Below are positions 60,671 to 64,000 of a stretch of 64,000 bases of DNA, one piece after another; the stretch's first letter is position 1; the number at the start of each line of letters is the position of its first letter. This stretch comes from Mobula hypostoma. Its lineage: Eukaryota. The notes beneath the pieces are model-generated. The model ran no database searches. It was not told where the DNA came from and saw nothing but the letters and a program-made list of their open reading frames with translations. Made by a program: the position numbers and the translations under genes. Where the stretch lies: the NCBI RefSeq assembly GCF_963921235.1, contig NC_086108.1, positions 90,150,001-90,214,000 on the forward strand, read 5' to 3'.

Positions 60671-62028
60671 AATCAGAATCAGAATCAGGTTTATTGTCAC
60701 CGGCATGTGATGTGAAATTTGTTAACTTAACAGCAGCAGTTCAATGCCATACATAATCTAGCAAAGAAAAAAAATACAAAATAAAATAAAAATAACAATA
60801 ATAATAAATAAACAAGTACATCAATTATGTATATTGAATAGATTTTTTTTTAAGTGCAAAAATGGAAATACTGTATATTTTTAAAAAAGTGAGGTAGTGT
60901 CCAAAGATTCAGTGTCCATTTAGGAATCGGATGGCGGAGGGGAAGATGCTGTTCCTGAATCGCTGAGTGTGTGCTTTCAGGCTTCTGTACCTCCTGCCTG
61001 ATGGTAACAGTGAGAAAAGGGTGCTGGAAGTCCATAGTAATGGATGCTGCCTTTCTGAGACACCGCTCCCTAAAGATGTCCTGGGTACTTTGTAGGCTAG
61101 TACCCAAGATGGAGCTGACTAGATTTACAACCTCCTGCAGCTTCTTTTGGTCCTGTGTAGTAGCCCCTCCATACCAGACAGTGATGAAGCCTGTCAGAAT
61201 GCTGTCCATGGTACAACTGTAGAAGTTTTTGAGAGTATTTATTGACATGGCAAATCTCTTCAAGCTCCTAATAAAGTATAGCCGCTGTCTTGCCTTCTTT
61301 ATAACTACATCGACATGTTGGGACCAGGTTAGATCCTCAGAGATTTTGACACCCAGGAACTTGAAGCTGCTCACTCTCTCCACTTCTGATCCCTCTATGA
61401 GGATTGGTATGTGTTCTTTCGTCTTACCCTTCCTGAAGTCCACAATCAGCTCTTTCGTCTTACTGACGTTGAGTGCCAGGCTGATGCTGCGGCACCACTC
61501 CACTAGTTGGCATATCTCACTCCTGTACGCCCTCTCGTCACCAGCTGAGATTCTACCAACAATGGTTCTATCATCAGCAAATTTAAAGATGATATTTGAG
61601 CTATGCCTAGCCACACAATCATGGGTATATAGAAGGTAGAGCAGTGGGCTAAGCACATACCCCTGAGGTGCGCCAGAGTTGATCGTCAGCGAGGAGGATA
61701 TGTTATTACCAATCCACACAGATTGTGGTCTTCCGATTAGGAAGTTGAGGCTCCAATTGCAGATGGAGGTACAGAGGCCCAGGTTCTGCAACTTCTCAAT
61801 CAGGATTGTGGGAATGACGGTATTAAATGTTGAGCTATAGTTGATGAACAGCATCCTGACTTAGGTGTTTGTGTTGGCCAGGTGGTCTAAGGCCATGTGG
61901 AGAGCCATTGAGATTGCATCTGCCATTGACCTATTGTGGCGATAGACAAATTGCAGTGGGTCCAGGTCCTTGCTGAGGCAGGAGTTCAATTTAGTCATGA
62001 CGGACCTCTCAAAGCATTTCATCACTGC
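60671..62028 (-). mobile_element. Rex1/Babar-like LINE, 5'-truncated RT region
   Basis: MKCFERSV..LDPLQFVY; ORF 60850-61854 [33 protein letters not shown]; (aatcag)n tail. Confidence 0.88.
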
Positions 62029-63604
62029 ATTTTGCAGATGGTACGCACATTCTCCAACCATTGCTGTCTAGTGTTGTTGAATTGAATGTAAAAGTTTGTG
62101 GATGGGATGTCAGTCAAGTGGGCTGTTTTGTCCTGGATGCAATTAAGGCTCATGGGAGTTGCTGGAGCTGCACTTATCAAGCAAATGGAGAATTTTCCAT
62201 AATTCTCCTGATTTGTGCTCTGGAGATATGAGGATAATTACATTTGAGAAGAATGCTCCATAGAATCTCACACACCACCTCAAAGCAAAGGCTGTGGCTC
62301 TCACAAGGACCACAGCAAACACCTGAAAATCCATGGAACTGTTGTGGAAATGAGTCACTTTCAATGCAGAGGTACTGATTAAGTTGTGGAGTACAAGACT
62401 TAATGCGAGTTGATTCAATGCCAAAGATTCCCAGCTCCAATCCCTGCTGATTCCACATGCCTCCAACTGTTCTGGGGTCAGATCCACCAGATGTGGATAG
62501 AGGTGTTTGTGATATAAACTTAAATATATGATTCTGAGACCATGGACCATATCAGTTGCTTACCTAGCCCAATGAGTAGTTCTCCATGTTGTGTACGTAT
62601 CCAAATTTTAGTGAGGAGGCTATGCCTGGTCACCAGGGACTGGAGGGCCTTCCTCACATCCAAATTTGGTGTCTGTATAATGAGGATTAATTGTTGAACT
62701 CTAATGTATTTGTTCAGATCCAAGCCTTATAATTGATGTTTCCTTCTTAGCTGTGCATACCCGTTCTGATGGAGATCTTGATATAGCTTTAACTGAACTA
62801 TTCTGTTCATTATTTTCTGAGAAAGATGCACTTCCTACATCCCCAGCACCTGGGGTGATGGGGATATAGCAGCACTGCTTTTTGAAGCAGCCTAGACTCC
62901 TTCTTCCAGGTGCTTCTTCTGCCACATTCGTCAGTCAACCACTCATCAGGGCAGCCATAAATCTTTAGTGCTGTATTCACAAAGGTTGAAGAATCTTTGT
63001 TTTACTTAGTCAAAGAAAAAAGGAAAGAAAACTACACTAATCTGAAGAACAGTGAGTTCTCATAGTGGGAATTGCTGGAGTGCACTACTTTATTACAACT
63101 TGTTTGAATCAGGAAATATAGTCCTTGATCTTGTTAATGTTCAGCTAATATGTGATGTCAATCATTTTATGTTGCACATCAATGCCAAGAATGAGGAAGC
63201 TGCCTTAAAGCTCTTGTGTAGTAATCTATCATAACTCAAAGCTGCAATTGATTGGCATACTGGGCTATTGCCTGCAGCCATGGCTGGATGACTCCTGTAA
63301 AGTTTACTTTGGAAGAACTGGAAGATGCCTGAAGGCAGATGCCGTCGTAGGAAATGCTGTGGATTCAAAGATCTCTTTTAGATGCCTGAATAATTGGGGG
63401 GGTGGGTGGCCTGAAGTGTATGCTGGCCAAGGTCTCAACATTGGCATTTCAAATAATATAGCACTAAACGTAGCCTTTCCATAACTGAAAGATGAAACCA
63501 AGAATTATGAGAGAATGGAGAGGCCTCCAAGCCATCATTATGAGGATGGCGCACAAGATGTAGGAAAGAACAGTTAACAGCTGGAGGAGAAGTGAATCAT
63601 AAAG

Positions 63605-64000
63605 TCAGAGAACACTACAGCACAGAAACAGGCCCTTTGGCCCATCTAGTTTGTGCCAAACCATTAATCTGCCTCGACCCATCAGCCCACAACTGGGTGA
63701 TAATGTTCCACACCCCTCTCATACATTATCCTACCCAAATTCCTAGCCACACTCTCACCATCCACTGAGTGAAGAAGTTCCCTCAAAGGAACTTCCAATG
63801 GAATAATTGCTACCCCAAGGCTTTCAATTAAAGGTGCATTAGGATTTTTTTTTCCTTGGATAGGACTTTTTTGTTTGGAGCATAGGTGAATGAGGGGAGA
63901 TTTGATAGAGGTATACAAAATAATGAGGGGTATAAATACACTGAGGTTCAGTGAGACTAGAACTAGAGGTCATAGGTTAAGTGTGAAAGGTGAAACACTT
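63605..64000. mobile_element. Two old CR1 3' fragments (63605-63790 minus; about 63870-64000 plus, running off the window)
   Basis: cagcacagaaacaggccctttggccca tail; gaatgaggggagatttgatagaggtatacaaaataatgagggg. Confidence 0.65.

Noticed and set aside
62143..63501. Cluster of short ORFs as a host gene
   Set aside because: No recognisable protein and inconsistent strands; more likely very old repeat debris or unique non-coding DNA.

Overview
Repeat-dominated eukaryotic DNA with no host exon I can support. The mix of HER1-type CR1 LINEs, V-domain tRNA SINEs and Penelope fold-backs suggests a cartilaginous fish such as a ray or shark (inference). The window holds CR1 LINEs of several ages. These include a young full-length copy (44254-48555; zinc-finger/leucine-zipper/SGNH-esterase ORF1 plus an open 1010-codon APE-RT ORF2) and a closely similar 5'-truncated inverted copy (55842-58892). 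It also holds Rex1/Babar-like LINEs, a HERO-like restriction-endonuclease LINE fragment, a decayed Gypsy LTR element with both LTRs and a TSD, many Penelope-derived palindromes carrying minimal hammerhead ribozyme motifs, V-SINEs and a mariner-derived MITE. Top observation: all four CR1 ORF1/ORF2 junctions in the window, from divergent copies, end ORF1 in U_UUA_AAC_stop followed by a G-rich motif. In the young copy ORF2 lies in the -1 frame and has no AUG until codon 211, which suggests that ORF2 is made by programmed -1 ribosomal frameshifting as an ORF1-ORF2 fusion. Boundaries of old repeats are approximate.
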